From NCBI GenBank assembly GCA_964234715.1, contig OZ174281.1: a stretch of 64,000 nucleotides of DNA, one strand, 5' to 3'. Both the position numbers and the translations under genes were made by a program. This document shows positions 12,406-25,259 of this stretch, piece after piece (within the stretch, counting starts at the first letter, position 1; each line of letters starts with the position of its first letter). The stretch comes from Podarcis melisellensis. Taxonomy: Eukaryota. Under the pieces are notes generated by a model that searched no databases, had not been told where the DNA came from, and was given only the letters and a program-made list of their open reading frames with translations.

Positions 12406-15400
12406 ATTATTACAAATGTACTGACCAGTTGGCTTCAAAAAGATCTACCTATTTAGGTATGCCAGTACAAAGTAAAAAGCTATTTAACAAATTAAATAAA
12501 AACTGCCAAAAATAGTATTTTAATGGAAAACAATTATAAAATACTGTGACCCCATTGTGAGTATTCCGACCATTGTTTGAATTATTTATTATTTCCAACC
12601 TATCAGAAGTAGGGTGTATATTTTTCCATGCAGAATAAGTAGGATTTGTTAGTGCCTTTTAAACAAAATGTAAATAGCAAACTACCAGCCATAATAATAT
12701 ATACATTCAGTAGTGCATATATATATTATATACTTTTAGTCTCTCCCTCTGTGTGTGTGTGTGTGTATTGTACACTATTAGTGAATATATATAGTAGTGC
12801 ATACAAATCCCATTTGTTTGTTAGCCAACTACAGTATACAACAGAATGCACAGCTTAAAAGGGACATGGCTGATCAAAGAAGTGATTTCAGTGCTGTTTT
12901 GAAAGCCAAATATGTAATTGTTTTCAAAATAAGTTATTGGCCTACGACCGACACCTCTAACCTTTCTTTGCTGCTTGATATGGTAGTTCTTTGTACAGTA
13001 AACAGGCCTATTACATTTTACAAAGTTCTGAGAAGGTGGTTCTGTTTTGTAGTATTTCTCAAAGAGACCTACATAGCGCAAGCTGCAACTCCTGCAAGAA
13101 TACTTTAAAAAGTGACACTGTCAAGTATTTTTCAGTTAAATGTTTACATTTTCACAGGTTTCCCACCACCAGTATGCAAGGCTTGCCTTTGAACTTGAAA
13201 ATATTCTTACCTCAACCCTCAATCATTTGTTTAGTAAATGCTGGATTCCCTGCTCATTTCTTCTGGTAGTCAAATTCTATAATTTCTTCCCTATTCAATT
13301 ATTTTATTTTTATTACTTTAGCTCCCCCTCTGGCTGAAAACTGCATTTTACAGCATAAAACAATAAAGAGGCATGAATCAACAGTGTCTAATTTTTAATG
13401 TGTTTATTTAATTTCTCAGACAGAGCAATTAAAAAAAAAAACATGTGGACTCAAAGTAAGGACATTATTTGCCATGCTGTAATCACCTGAAAGGGAGGTC
13501 ATGTTTTAAATGTTAAGTTACTTGACAGTGTCGCTTTAGCTTAGAAAGGAAAACAAAAACAGACTATGTTTGTATTGCAGTAGATTTCAAGTTTTCTTGC
13601 ACTTCATATAAAGTAGCATTATGAGCTTGGATCTTTCCTACAAGACACTGAAAACATTAAGGAAAATAAGGCATGTTTTCCAAAGGTGGATTGCTTGGCA
13701 CATTTGAGCATACTGTTTTTTGGAACACCAAATATGGTCAAATATACCTCTCTCTCTCTCTTTTTAACCCCCTGACCTTAAGACAAGGTCTTTTCACTGT
13801 TGCTCATTGTAAACAGTGAGCTGCACAACCATGGTAAAGAACTGAGCACCTCAACTGGAAAAAGTGAAACCCAAAACAAGGTCATTTATAGTCAACGTAA
13901 CATATTATGACTATTAATCAAGTCAATGCACAATATCTACAGTGTGCATGTAAATCACAACGTTGAGACTTAGGACGCAGAATGCTGCTGAAACTGTGGT
14001 AATTAGCAGACCATACCAGGACAACTGCATAACCCACACATCAGCTTGACCTACTCAGATCAATGGTAAGATTCTCAAATGTGTGGGTCAAGTAGAGTTC
14101 CTTTTCATGCATTTTGATTCTCAGAAAAAGGAAATAGGCAAAATGCTGATTCTATTGATTCCAATGACTAAACCAATCTACATGTTGGCTGGAATCAGAC
14201 AATAGGTTTTCAGAGAGTAAAAAGTGATTTGAGAGAGTCACTGTTTGTAATATGTATGCGCATTCCACTTTAGCCTCTTAGTTAAAGAGGTGCTTGTTTT
14301 GTTCTATGAACCTGCAAAACTAACCCTTTATCAGAGACAATAGTGGGATAAAATGGAATATAGTTTCATATCATGAGACAAAACACTTTCAGCTCTTCTG
14401 AAGACAATTGTTTATGTCCAGCCAAAAACTGAATAAGGATTTTGCTCTTTAACAAAGTTTATATTAATTCAAAGAGAATAAAGACACTTTGCTGTACACC
14501 GACCTACACAAGTTATTGCTAAAAAAATAAAAAAAATCTGCCAATCTGCAGTATTGCAACTTTTAAAACTATAATGAATAGTAGAACCGAGACAACCAAA
14601 TAGCAGAATCTAAGCAATTTAAAACTTTCCTAACTACCTGTAGCATGGAGAATGCAATTCTTTCACCATTCAAATGCAGTATTAAACTGCTCAAACTCTC
14701 CAATTAAAACAAAGAAGGCTTACCAGTCAATGTTTACATGCAGTCAAAAACCATTTCAGTTATCACATTACGCACCATGGAAGCTTATTTTTGCTATATG
14801 GAAAAGTGCACCTTAGAAAGTAATGTAATAAATTCCAGTGATTCTCAAAACAAAAATTTCTAACCACTATAACATTATTGCACATTTGGTGCTCAATGGA
14901 CACCAGTAGCAAAATTGTTAAACTGGAAAATGGATGATACAACGGAAACAGATTTTATATTGACACTTAACAGTGCATCTCCAAAAAGGGAATTATACTT
15001 TAATGAAAACAGAAAATACATTTCCTTTGAACAATCTCTTTGTCTTTCCTAGGCCCAACCTCTTACAATCAATGAGAAGCTTAGAAAGTCTCTTTCCTAC
15101 TGGTAGCATCTTCAACATACAGCAGTTAAATCTAAATTGTTAAATTTGTCAGGGTGTTAAGAAAATGAATACACTCCAGATCTCAAGAATCACACAGATT
15201 CTTATATTGTTGACTGTTTCTACAGAATTCCAACTATTTTTCCTACTGTTTTAAGGCATCATTTATAACATATTCTTTTCACTTGCAATGATGATAGTCA
15301 TGCAGCAGTTTAATGATAAAAATATATTAATATTTTACTATACAGCAGCAAGAAGTTAGTCAATTAAAAGCACACAAACATTTTAAAAGAAAAACCTGTA

Positions 15401-16110
15401 AAAGTATATTACTACAAACAATTGCAATTTGGAGAACACTACTTGACAGATTAGTGTTCTGACAGACTGTTTTCATACCCTACAGTTCTGATATAATCAC
15501 ACAAAGTACATACTTTTAACTGAAGGGTTGGGGAACTTGCACAGTTGGGGGAGGGGCAGGGTATCCTTACTACATGTATAAAGTATGTAGCCAGTAATAA
15601 CTAGCACCACAGCTACATTAAAATTTCTTTTACAGCACACCAACTTGGCTTTCACTTTTAAAGGAAATTCAAAATCCATGGCTCAGAAGGATTACTCTAT
15701 AATCATGTTGCATTGACTTCCATGACAGGCCTATATAAATTAGTTAGCACTAGCACAAAACAGGAGTTTCAATTCAGACTTAAACAAGTTAAAGGGATAG
15801 TGCTAGTGGCCACACACAGGAAAAGAAACAAAAAACCTTCACCGCCTGTTATTCAAAAACAGGTTTACTGGAAATTGCTGCACGTGAAGTACTTTAAGTA
15901 CACATCATAAAAAAAATATATTATGAACAATACAAGTACATCTCATATACACAATAAGGACAATATACCTACTTAGTTGTAAACCAAATAGGTGCAGAAA
16001 AATATGGGAGATCATCTTCCTCTCTCTCTCTCTCTCTTTCTCTTTTTAACTATTTGAATAACTTTGGTTCAAACCATAAAAATCACAAGTTAGCAAATTT
16101 CATTTAAATG

Positions 16111-16382
16111 NNNNNNNNNNNNNNNNNNNNNNNNNNNNNNNNNNNNNNNNNNNNNNNNNNNNNNNNNNNNNNNNNNNNNNNNNNNNNNNNNNNNNNNNNN
16201 NNNNNNNNNNNNNNNNNNNNNNNNNNNNNNNNNNNNNNNNNNNNNNNNNNNNNNNNNNNNNNNNNNNNNNNNNNNNNNNNNNNNNNNNNNNNNNNNNNNN
16301 NNNNNNNNNNNNNNNNNNNNNNNNNNNNNNNNNNNNNNNNNNNNNNNNNNNNNNNNNNNNNNNNNNNNNNNNNNNNNNNNNN
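16111..16382. other. Assembly gap (272 N)
   Basis: Run of N. Confidence 1.
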
Positions 16383-17136
16383 TTGAAATTTGGTAACAAA
16401 ATGAGAAGAAAAACTAAAAATATTATTTTACGTGTTCTAAAATATCTCTTTTTGTGCTAAAGTCAAATGTTAGCTCAACATGAAAAGGACATTTTCTCTT
16501 TTTAATATAATTCAGCAATATTTTAATCTTGACCATTTTTGCAAACACTTTTTTTTTTAATAATAATAATAATAGCTTAAACGTGTACAAAAGTTCTTGG
16601 TTAATTAGGGAAATAAACACTCAGTTCTTTATATTTTTAATCAAGTAGGAAACACAGTTCATCATATATAATGTTATTACTTTTTTTGTAATTTTTTTGT
16701 AATTTTTTTGTTTTGTTTTTTTGTTTTGTTTTTAGCAGCTGCTTACTGTTTTATACGATGGGCAAGAGTGGAAGGAACAATCCAGCGATGGGGTGGAGAG
16801 AAAGAAGTTGCTTGCTCGGCTGTCAGTTTTGGTGGTGGGTGGGTGGTCGGTGGTGCTCCCCTTGGAGTTAGAACAACAGGTATATTTAACTGCATGTATT
16901 ATTTTCAGTGTGTGGGATGTCGGTTTTCTCTCTCTCGCTCGCTTACAGTATAACGTATCTCTCTCTCTGTGTGGCGATGTTGTTGTTTGTTGTTGTTGTT
17001 GTCGTCGTCATTATTATTATTACGAGTGTCTCTGTGCAGCAGGGCAGGGAGGAGGCAGCCAAGTGGGGAGGAGGAGGAAGGCAGTGGGGAGGAGGAGGAG
17101 GAGGAGGAGAAGGAAGGAGGCAAGGAAGGATGGAGA

Positions 17137-18126
<990 letters not shown>

Positions 18127-18296
18127 GATGCTGCCGCCGGGCCTCCCGAAGCCCGCCTGCGCCCCCCGGCCGCCGCCTCCGCCGCCGCCTCCTCCGCCTC
18201 CCGCCGCCGCTACTGCTCCTGCTGCCGCCGCCGCCGCCGCCGAGCCAACCCCCTCCGCAGCCGCCACCACCACCAGCAGCAGCAGCAGCCAGCCGC

Positions 18297-18306
18297 TCTC
18301 GCGAGA
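18297..18306. promoter_or_regulatory. TCTCGCGAGA palindrome (BANP/CGCG element)
   Basis: Perfect 10-bp palindrome, a known CpG-island promoter motif. A YY1-like AACATGGC lies at 18340-18347. Confidence 0.6.
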
Positions 18307-18307
18307 T

Positions 18308-18336
18308 CTGTGGAGGAGACAGAAAGAGAGAGAGCG
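18308..18336 (-). other. PURA: 3' splice acceptor in the PURA 5' leader (exon starts at 18307)
   Basis: Minus strand CGCTCTCTCTCTTTCTGTCTCCTCCACAG|ATCTCGCGAG: long polypyrimidine tract plus CAG, 181 nt upstream of the ATG. Confidence 0.7.
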
Positions 18337-19883
18337 GCTAACATGGCAGAGAGAGAGAGAGGCGCGCGCGACTGTGTACAGTAGCCGGGAAGGGAGGGAG
18401 AGAGTGAGAGTGAGGCGGCGGCGGCGGGGGGGGGGGGGGAGGAAGGAGGGAGGCGGCGAAGGAGCCCCAGGATGTGAGGCGGCCGCCGCCGGCAGCGCCC
18501 CGCCGCCCGGGCCGGGCGAGGGCACAGAGGAACAGCTCGCTTTAGTGGCGCTCAGGCCCCACCCACCTGCCCCTCGCGCCCGAGGCTGCTGCTGCTCCTT
18601 CCAGCCCCTCAGAGGGACCCGCGCGGATCCTCACGCCGCCGCCGCCGCCCGTCAGAGGGAGGGATAGGCAGACAGACGGAGCGGCTGCCAAGCCCCGTCC
18701 CCCCCCTTTCCTGTCACTCGCCTCCTCGCGCGCGCACTCGCGCCGACCGGCGAGGCCCCCCCCCCCTCTCTTCCACCCCATTAAAAAAGGCTGAGAGGGC
18801 GACGCAGACATAGCCCCGAACTGACCGGCCTCCGCGGGGGGGAGGGGCTCCCGCCGTTTCCCCTCAGGCGGCGTCTCTCACGCGCTTCTCCACCTTTCTC
18901 CTCAGCCGCTCTTTCCCTCCGCGCTCCTCAGGCGCGGGACCGGGACGGAGGGCTCGCCAGGGCCTCCCTCGGTGACAGGAGTAGCAATAACAGTAATAAT
19001 AAGTGCCCGGAAGAAGGAGGGAAAAACGGGCCGGGGGGGAGGGGGAGAACCTTCATGAGAATGGCCTCCGACCCGGGTTGGAGGATGCCGACGTGCCTCA
19101 TCAGTGTCCGGCGAAGAGGAAGGAGGAGTCTCTCCCATCTTTCCACAATAAATATGCTATAGAGTCGATGCAGCACAACTCTTTTGGGCGCGAGGCTGGA
19201 GGGCCGTTTCGGGATTTGGCCATGCCTGAGGTAGAGCGGCGGGAATTCCCGCCCACCCGCCTCAAAGGTCCTGTCCGGACAGCGGCAGCTGACCCCTCCG
19301 GCCGCCCCCCTCAGGAAGGGCGCCCCCGGCTCCGCCCGCCTGAGCAGCAGCAACTCCGGCGCCCTTTTGCGCGCCTTGCTGACGGGGAGGCAGGCCGCGC
19401 AGGGAGGAGGAGGAGGTCAGCTCTGGATCCCGCGCAAGAGCTTCGCCTGGAGTGGAGGTTGCGCAGCTGGGGCTCCCCTCGAAGTTAGAGGCCTCCTGAC
19501 AGCCCTCCCGGGAAAAGGGAGCTGTTCTGTGGCCAGGCCTGCCCCTGAATCCTGCCAGGTGGGAAGAGGCAGATTCAGGACTTGGCAAACTTCTGTTAGG
19601 TTGCTCCTGCCCAGCCCACCTTGGCAGGACTAGCCCGCGACCCCTTCGCTCGCTTGCACTGACTGGGGCGAGTGCGGCCTTTGGGAAGATGGCATACAAG
19701 TCAGAAGAGACTTATAAACGAAGAGCATTATTCCAGTAAATTCAGTGGGAGTGTGTGCCTGCAAGTGCGTCCTTTTAACTGGAGGAACTGCTGTGCATGA
19801 GCGTGGCTGGAGATCCCCCTCGAGCAGCTCCCGTTTTCCCTTTCTCAGCGGGGCCGGTTATGCCGGCATCTATCGCTGCGCCG

Positions 19884-20366
19884 CTAGACAGCATCTTAAA
19901 AAGTAGAGACATCACCTTGCCAGCAAAGGTCCGCATAGTCAAAGCCATGGTTTTCCCAGTAGTGATGTATGGAAGTGAGAGCTGGACCATCAAGAAGGCT
20001 GATCGCCGAAGAATTGATGCTTTTGAATTCTGGTGCTGGAGGAGACTCTTGAGAGTCCCATGGACTGCAAGAAGATCAAGCCGATCCATTCTTAGGGAAA
20101 TCAGCCCTGAGTGCTCACTGGAAGAACAGATCCTGAAACTGAGGCTCCAATACTTTGGCCACCTCAGGAGAAGAGAAGACTCCCTGGAAAAGACCCTGAT
20201 GTTGGGGAAGATGGAGGGCACAAGGAGAAGAGGACAACAGAGGACGAGAAGCTACCAGCATGAGTTTGACCAATCCGCGGGAGGCAGTGGAAGACAAGAG
20301 TGCCTGGCGTGCTCTGGTCCATGGGGTCACGAAGAGTCGGACACGACTAAACGACTAAACAGCAAC
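19884..20366 (+). mobile_element. BovB (RTE) LINE, 5'-truncated 3' end
   Basis: LDSILKSRDITLPAKVRIVKAMVFPVVMYGSESWTIKKADRRRIDAFEFWCWRRLLRVPWTARRS...LKLRLQYFGHL...SLEKTLMLGK. 3' end GGGGTCACGAAGAGTCGGACACGACTAAACGACTAAAC. TSD ATCGCTGCGCCG/ATCGCAGCGCCG. Confidence 0.93.
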
Positions 20367-20722
20367 ATCGCAGCGCCGTATGTTTGCCTAACCGGCGAAA
20401 AACAGGCCTGCCTGCAACGGGCCAGGGGGACGAGAGTCTCCATTTGGAATAGAAGCGGGCAGAATCCCCAGGGCCGCTCTCTCTGCCTTTCCAGGCCTTG
20501 CTTCCTAAGGCTTGAAGGCTAGGCCTTCCCCGCAGACCCGAGGAGCTGCAGATCTCGGGGTGCAAACTGCAGGCGCGGAAAGGACCGAGCAAAGAACCAG
20601 CCACCGCCATAGCGGAGGACTCTGGATACCCGGGAGCTGCAAGGCGCGCATTTTAAGCCCCGGCTGCACTGATGGAGTGCGCGCGCGGGGAGGGAATGAG
20701 CTGCCCATTCTGGTGGCCCATA

Positions 20723-20947
20723 CAGTGGTACCTCGGGTTAAGTACTTAATTTGTTCCGGAGGTCTCTACTTAACCTGAAACTGTTCTTAAGTGAAGCACC
20801 ACTTTAGCTAATGGGACCTCCTGCTGCCGCTGCGCCACCAGAGCACGATTTCTGTTCTTATCCTGAAGCAAAGTTCTTAACCTGAAGCACTATTTCTGGC
20901 TTAGTGGAGTCTGTAACCTGAAGCGTATGTAACCCGAGATACCACTA
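20723..20947. mobile_element. Tc1/mariner-pogo-type MITE (same family as 5824-6050, opposite orientation)
   Basis: TA-CAGTGGTACCTCGGGTTAAG start. The interior is the reverse complement of the 5.8-kb copy. Confidence 0.85.
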
Positions 20948-23474
20948 CCCTGCCCCTAGGTAGCCCCCCCTTCTTCTGCCACCCGTTTTGCGGATCCTTG
21001 GCTGCGCCAAGTTCGTTGCCTCGCACCGGATTCCCTGGCCAAGAGCCGACGTGGCTCCCCGGCCGGGCTTCCCCTTTCCTCGCCAGCCGAGGGACCAGCT
21101 GAGCGACGGGGGTGGCTCCCCCTCGGCTTTCGTTCGCTCCTGCAAGCAGGACTTGGGGCGCGAGAGGTTTGCAGCAGCCCAGCTGGGAAGCTGCTTTCTG
21201 GCCGGCGAGGGAGCTGCCCGGAGGGCTTAGTCCCGCGGGCTCAAAGCGGCGGCGACGGGGACACCTCGGCCTCCAGGGCGAGCTGGCTGCGCCTCCCCGC
21301 TAGCCGCGCGGCCCCCGCTTTCCTCGGCCACGTGTCAAAGCATCCTTAAGTGCAGCCCCGTCCCCGACCCCAAACAAAGAATCCCCAACGAAGCGTTGCT
21401 TTCCCTCGGGCAGAAAGGCTGAGGAGGGGGCGGGAGAGAGGCAGCCTTGGGCTCCCCCCGGTTTTGCTCCAGCCAAATGGGAAGAACTCGAAGAGAAGCG
21501 CATCTACTCGCACCTGCAACCTTCCCTTCCTCAGCAAGCGAGTCCTCGGTCCTTTCACTTTACGCGCAAGTGTAGCTTGTCATTCTGCCCGCATTTATTT
21601 TTTAACCCGACGGGTTATTAGACGACCAGTTTGAGATGAGACCCAGTTGTCATGCCGCTGCCACTTACTTGAGAAGCATGGACTGAAAACGTAAAAACCT
21701 TGCCGATAGAAGAAGATATATGCCTGCGTGTTGCGGGAGGGAAATTACTGGAAGGAAATGTAGTCCAGGTTTGGAATCCCAAAGTCCCCCTTCATTGTAA
21801 AAGCAAAACATTAAAGATTTTATGGCCAAAACAACAGCACTTCATTGCTGATTTTTAAACAAAGTAGGCGAGCCAAAATGAAATAATTAGGGTTTGCATT
21901 TCACATCAAATATGTGACAACAACTACGGCTATTTTAGTGTGTGTATATCTTTGTAGATGATTTTAAATCTGGTTAGTTCATACAGCTAACATTCCATTT
22001 TAATTTCTAAGTAATATTTTATACCCACACAGTTCTATTTTAATAGCTTTGATTGTAACTTCTTTATTTTTCATAAAATAAATCCCAGGCTCCGAGAAAT
22101 ACAGTTGACAACTAAAAATAAAGTGAATGTAAAAATTGTTGTCTACTCTTGGGGGGGGGGGAACATCATAGATTTACAGATAAAAGTGTGTGTGTTTATT
22201 AAACTCATTAAAAATAATCCTAACGTGTGTATAAATCATGCAGTTCTCTATACATTTAGTTTGCTAAAGCTGCATAAAATAGATTTTCAAGGCTTTTAGC
22301 ACATAACAGCAATTGTAAAACCTCCCCCTAGAATTTTTTATTGAAGCTTTACTGAAATTCCACTGTAGAAATATTCCATTATATAACTAAAGCTAACATA
22401 CATCTGCTACTTATGAATATTCTATTATAATACACTTAAAAACTAGCAAGTCTATCAACTCCTACACTTGCTGTGGAAGCAGGTGTTCAGATTTCACACT
22501 CATTTTAATCAAATTAGAAGCAGTTTATCTTTTGATTTTTGCTAAGTTAGCAAAACAATGAATTCAATGAGACTTCTGAGTAAGAATGACATAGTTAATT
22601 TATTAATCTAATTACAAAATTTAATGCTACACAGCTAGATCTTTAAAAAGTAGGATGGAGAAAGGAAAGCACATACAAGCAGGGATTCAGATGTATTTAT
22701 TTATCAAATAAGGTATATACATTTTTTTAAAAAAACTATTTTTAGTTGCCTCATTTAAAAAACATCATAATTATGGCATGCAAGTTGGCATTTAGTGTGA
22801 GTTCAAAAATAATGAACAAAAATAAAATTCTTTAAAACTTCCACAAGACTATGACTGCATATGACTCAACAAGAAAACAAAGTAAAGATTTGCTCACTTT
22901 TAAGTAAACAGGGGAAACGACCAGCATAAAACTCTGCATGGAATAAAACAACAAATGTTAAGCAATATATTCATTTTTTTAAAGAGCTCACAGTTACTTT
23001 TGAAGGTTCAATAAAAATTAAATTTATCAAAGGAACTTTTTCCCAGATCAACCAATTAGTGTGCAAATGAAGAAGAAATACAAGGAGAATAAAGGGGCTC
23101 AAAACACACTGACATCCAAAGGCTTAGGAAGTGATAAATTTAAAACAGAAGAAACAGCCAATCAAAACCTTTTCATCACTACTAATAAAAAGTTAACAAT
23201 TGTTGAAAATATTGTATATGTGTACACTGTCACCTTTGTTGAAACAAAATACTTGAGGAAAACAGGAAATAAAAGGGTACAAATAATTTAAAAATTATGG
23301 CTTTGAAAGGTTGATTATATCAAAATTTTAGTTTGAGGAACATCTATTGTCATTTATATACTACACTACAAATATGAAATTTTAAAGAAAAAAGTGTATT
23401 TATATTACCTGTAAAAATGATTTAAAACTGATCTTTCACAACATGTGAAATAGTTATTTAGTAAGAGTTTGAAC

Positions 23475-23563
23475 CCCTTAGGCTACATTTTCTCAAGTAT
23501 GTAAAAAGATTTTAGTCCCTTAGGCTACAATTTCTCAAGTATGTAAAAGGATTTGAGTTCCCT
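23475..23563. repeat. Tandem duplication, 42-bp unit x2
   Basis: CCCTTAGGCTACA(T/A)TTTCTCAAGTATGTAAAA(A/G)GATTT(T/G)AGT repeated. Confidence 0.85.
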
Positions 23564-24809
23564 GAGTTGGGACTACTGAATTTTGAATCCCTCAGTTTCA
23601 CTAAAGTCACCAACTTCTCTAAGATGTCTGACATCCTTACAGATCTTGTAGATCTTTAATGAAACAAATTAACCCACAAAAAACTTAAGTTTAAAACATA
23701 AAGACCCACAAATAAACCAGAGGAATGAAAAAGGTTTTCCTAATCATTATTATAACAATAGCTTCAGGTACTGTAATTATATCTTATCTTACTATTTACT
23801 AATTATGGGCCACTATTCTTGCAACAAAGAGACTACAAAAATATTTTATATCAAGCAGAGGAAATAAAGGTTGGTTTTCTGCAACTATGTTTAAATTTGA
23901 TCCATGTAGTGTGACACTAAGCAAATTTGCTGAAGTTTCAGTGTATTAATTGGAACTGATATGAATATGCATGCTTAGAATCACAGTGCTAGCAGAAGTG
24001 TATTTCTGCCCATCACTATTGCTTTTATCGCACTCAGCTTGAAAAACTTCATTTGCTATTAATATAATCTTATAGATGTATTAATGAATGCACTACAGAA
24101 AACAATTGCAGATCTGCTAGGGGAAAAACACTAGTGCACTTCAGTACTGTACTTTATTTTGATAACTTGTGTTTTAGTTCAGTAATGGTCAAGTTTGAAT
24201 GTTTACAGCTTCAACCTATAGTATATTTAAACAATTGTCAGCTAGCACAACTTTTCACAAAATAAATGAAAATATTAAATAGCAGGTAAAATCACACTGA
24301 CGATTTGAAGTATAGAATTTTCCATCCCCAGTACCTATGAAACTCTCCCCTTTCCCATCATTTAAGGCAACAGCTTTTATCCCTTTGCAAACCACTAGAA
24401 AATTGCTGGGGGATCTTGGGCTTAATAATGGTTTTTTTTATTTGTTGTTCTACAAAACACATTTTAATGAGTATATGCAACTATGTAATGCAACCATGGT
24501 CATAACCACGATTACACAACCCTAGCCCTCTGATCCCAGCTATCAAAGGGGAAGAAATGAATGAACTGTCAAGGCTAAGTACAGATATTCTGGACTGTTC
24601 TGTAACCTGTCTGAGGACCAGCAAAATGGAGCTTGTCAACCATCAGTGGTCCACAGAACCTCACCCTGAAAATCTCTTAAGTAGGCTCTTGCCTTTTTTT
24701 TTACCTTAAGGAATCAAATATGTTTAATTCAGAAAAGTTGTAGAAAGCCCATGTTTCCCACAGCTGGAAAATTTCTTACATAAGGAACTAAAATTGAGAA
24801 ATTGGGAAG

Positions 24810-24940
24810 GGGTGCAGCACCTCCAGGTAAGTCAGGGAGAGACTTCCTGCCTGAAGCGCTGGTGAGCTGCTGTCAATCAGCACAGACAATACGCAGATAG
24901 ATGGACCAGTGATCTGACTCAGTACAATAAAGTTGCTTTA
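24810..24940 (+). mobile_element. Squamate SINE 3' part (Squam-type), degraded
   Basis: CCTGCCTGAAGCGCTGGTGAGCTGCTGTCAATCAGCACAGACAATAC...AGATGGACCAGTGATCTGACTCAGTA resembles a common squamate SINE body. Confidence 0.55.
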
Positions 24941-25259
24941 AAACACTGGAGATTACATTTAGAGTAGAATACAAATTAATGAACATTTTGCTAAGAAGTC
25001 AAACACAGTACAGTAATTTTTCTCCAACACCGAAACTGCTCCTTGTCACCTGCTTAATCTGTCATTTGATACATTGTCGCAAACTTTTAAGAGTTTTGCT
25101 TCTCAAAATTAGCATCATGGCACGTGCAGCTCCTCTCATGCTCCTAACCAACACGTGAAAAACTGCAGGTACGGGTATTAACAGGTTGCCAACGCTTTAG
25201 ATATTTCCGCCAATATGATGCACCTTGGTGGCCCTAATAATAATTATAATCACACAAAT

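Larger units (their letters stand above)
12390..17136 (-). other. PURA: Long PURA 3' UTR (putative)
   Basis: About 4.7 kb AT-rich stretch with no recognisable TE directly downstream of the stop codon, unlike the TE-dense flanks. It ends at a minus-strand AATAAA (12400-12405) with upstream UGUA motifs and could extend further left. Confidence 0.7.

Noticed and set aside
16100-16399. ORFs consisting of X
   Set aside because: Artefact of the assembly gap.
18127-18525. Unspliced GTG-initiated 133-aa extension of PURA in the ORF track
   Set aside because: Non-ATG start, and it runs through a polypyrimidine/AG acceptor, so the part beyond 18307 is most likely intron or promoter. Only the spliced version is kept as a lead.
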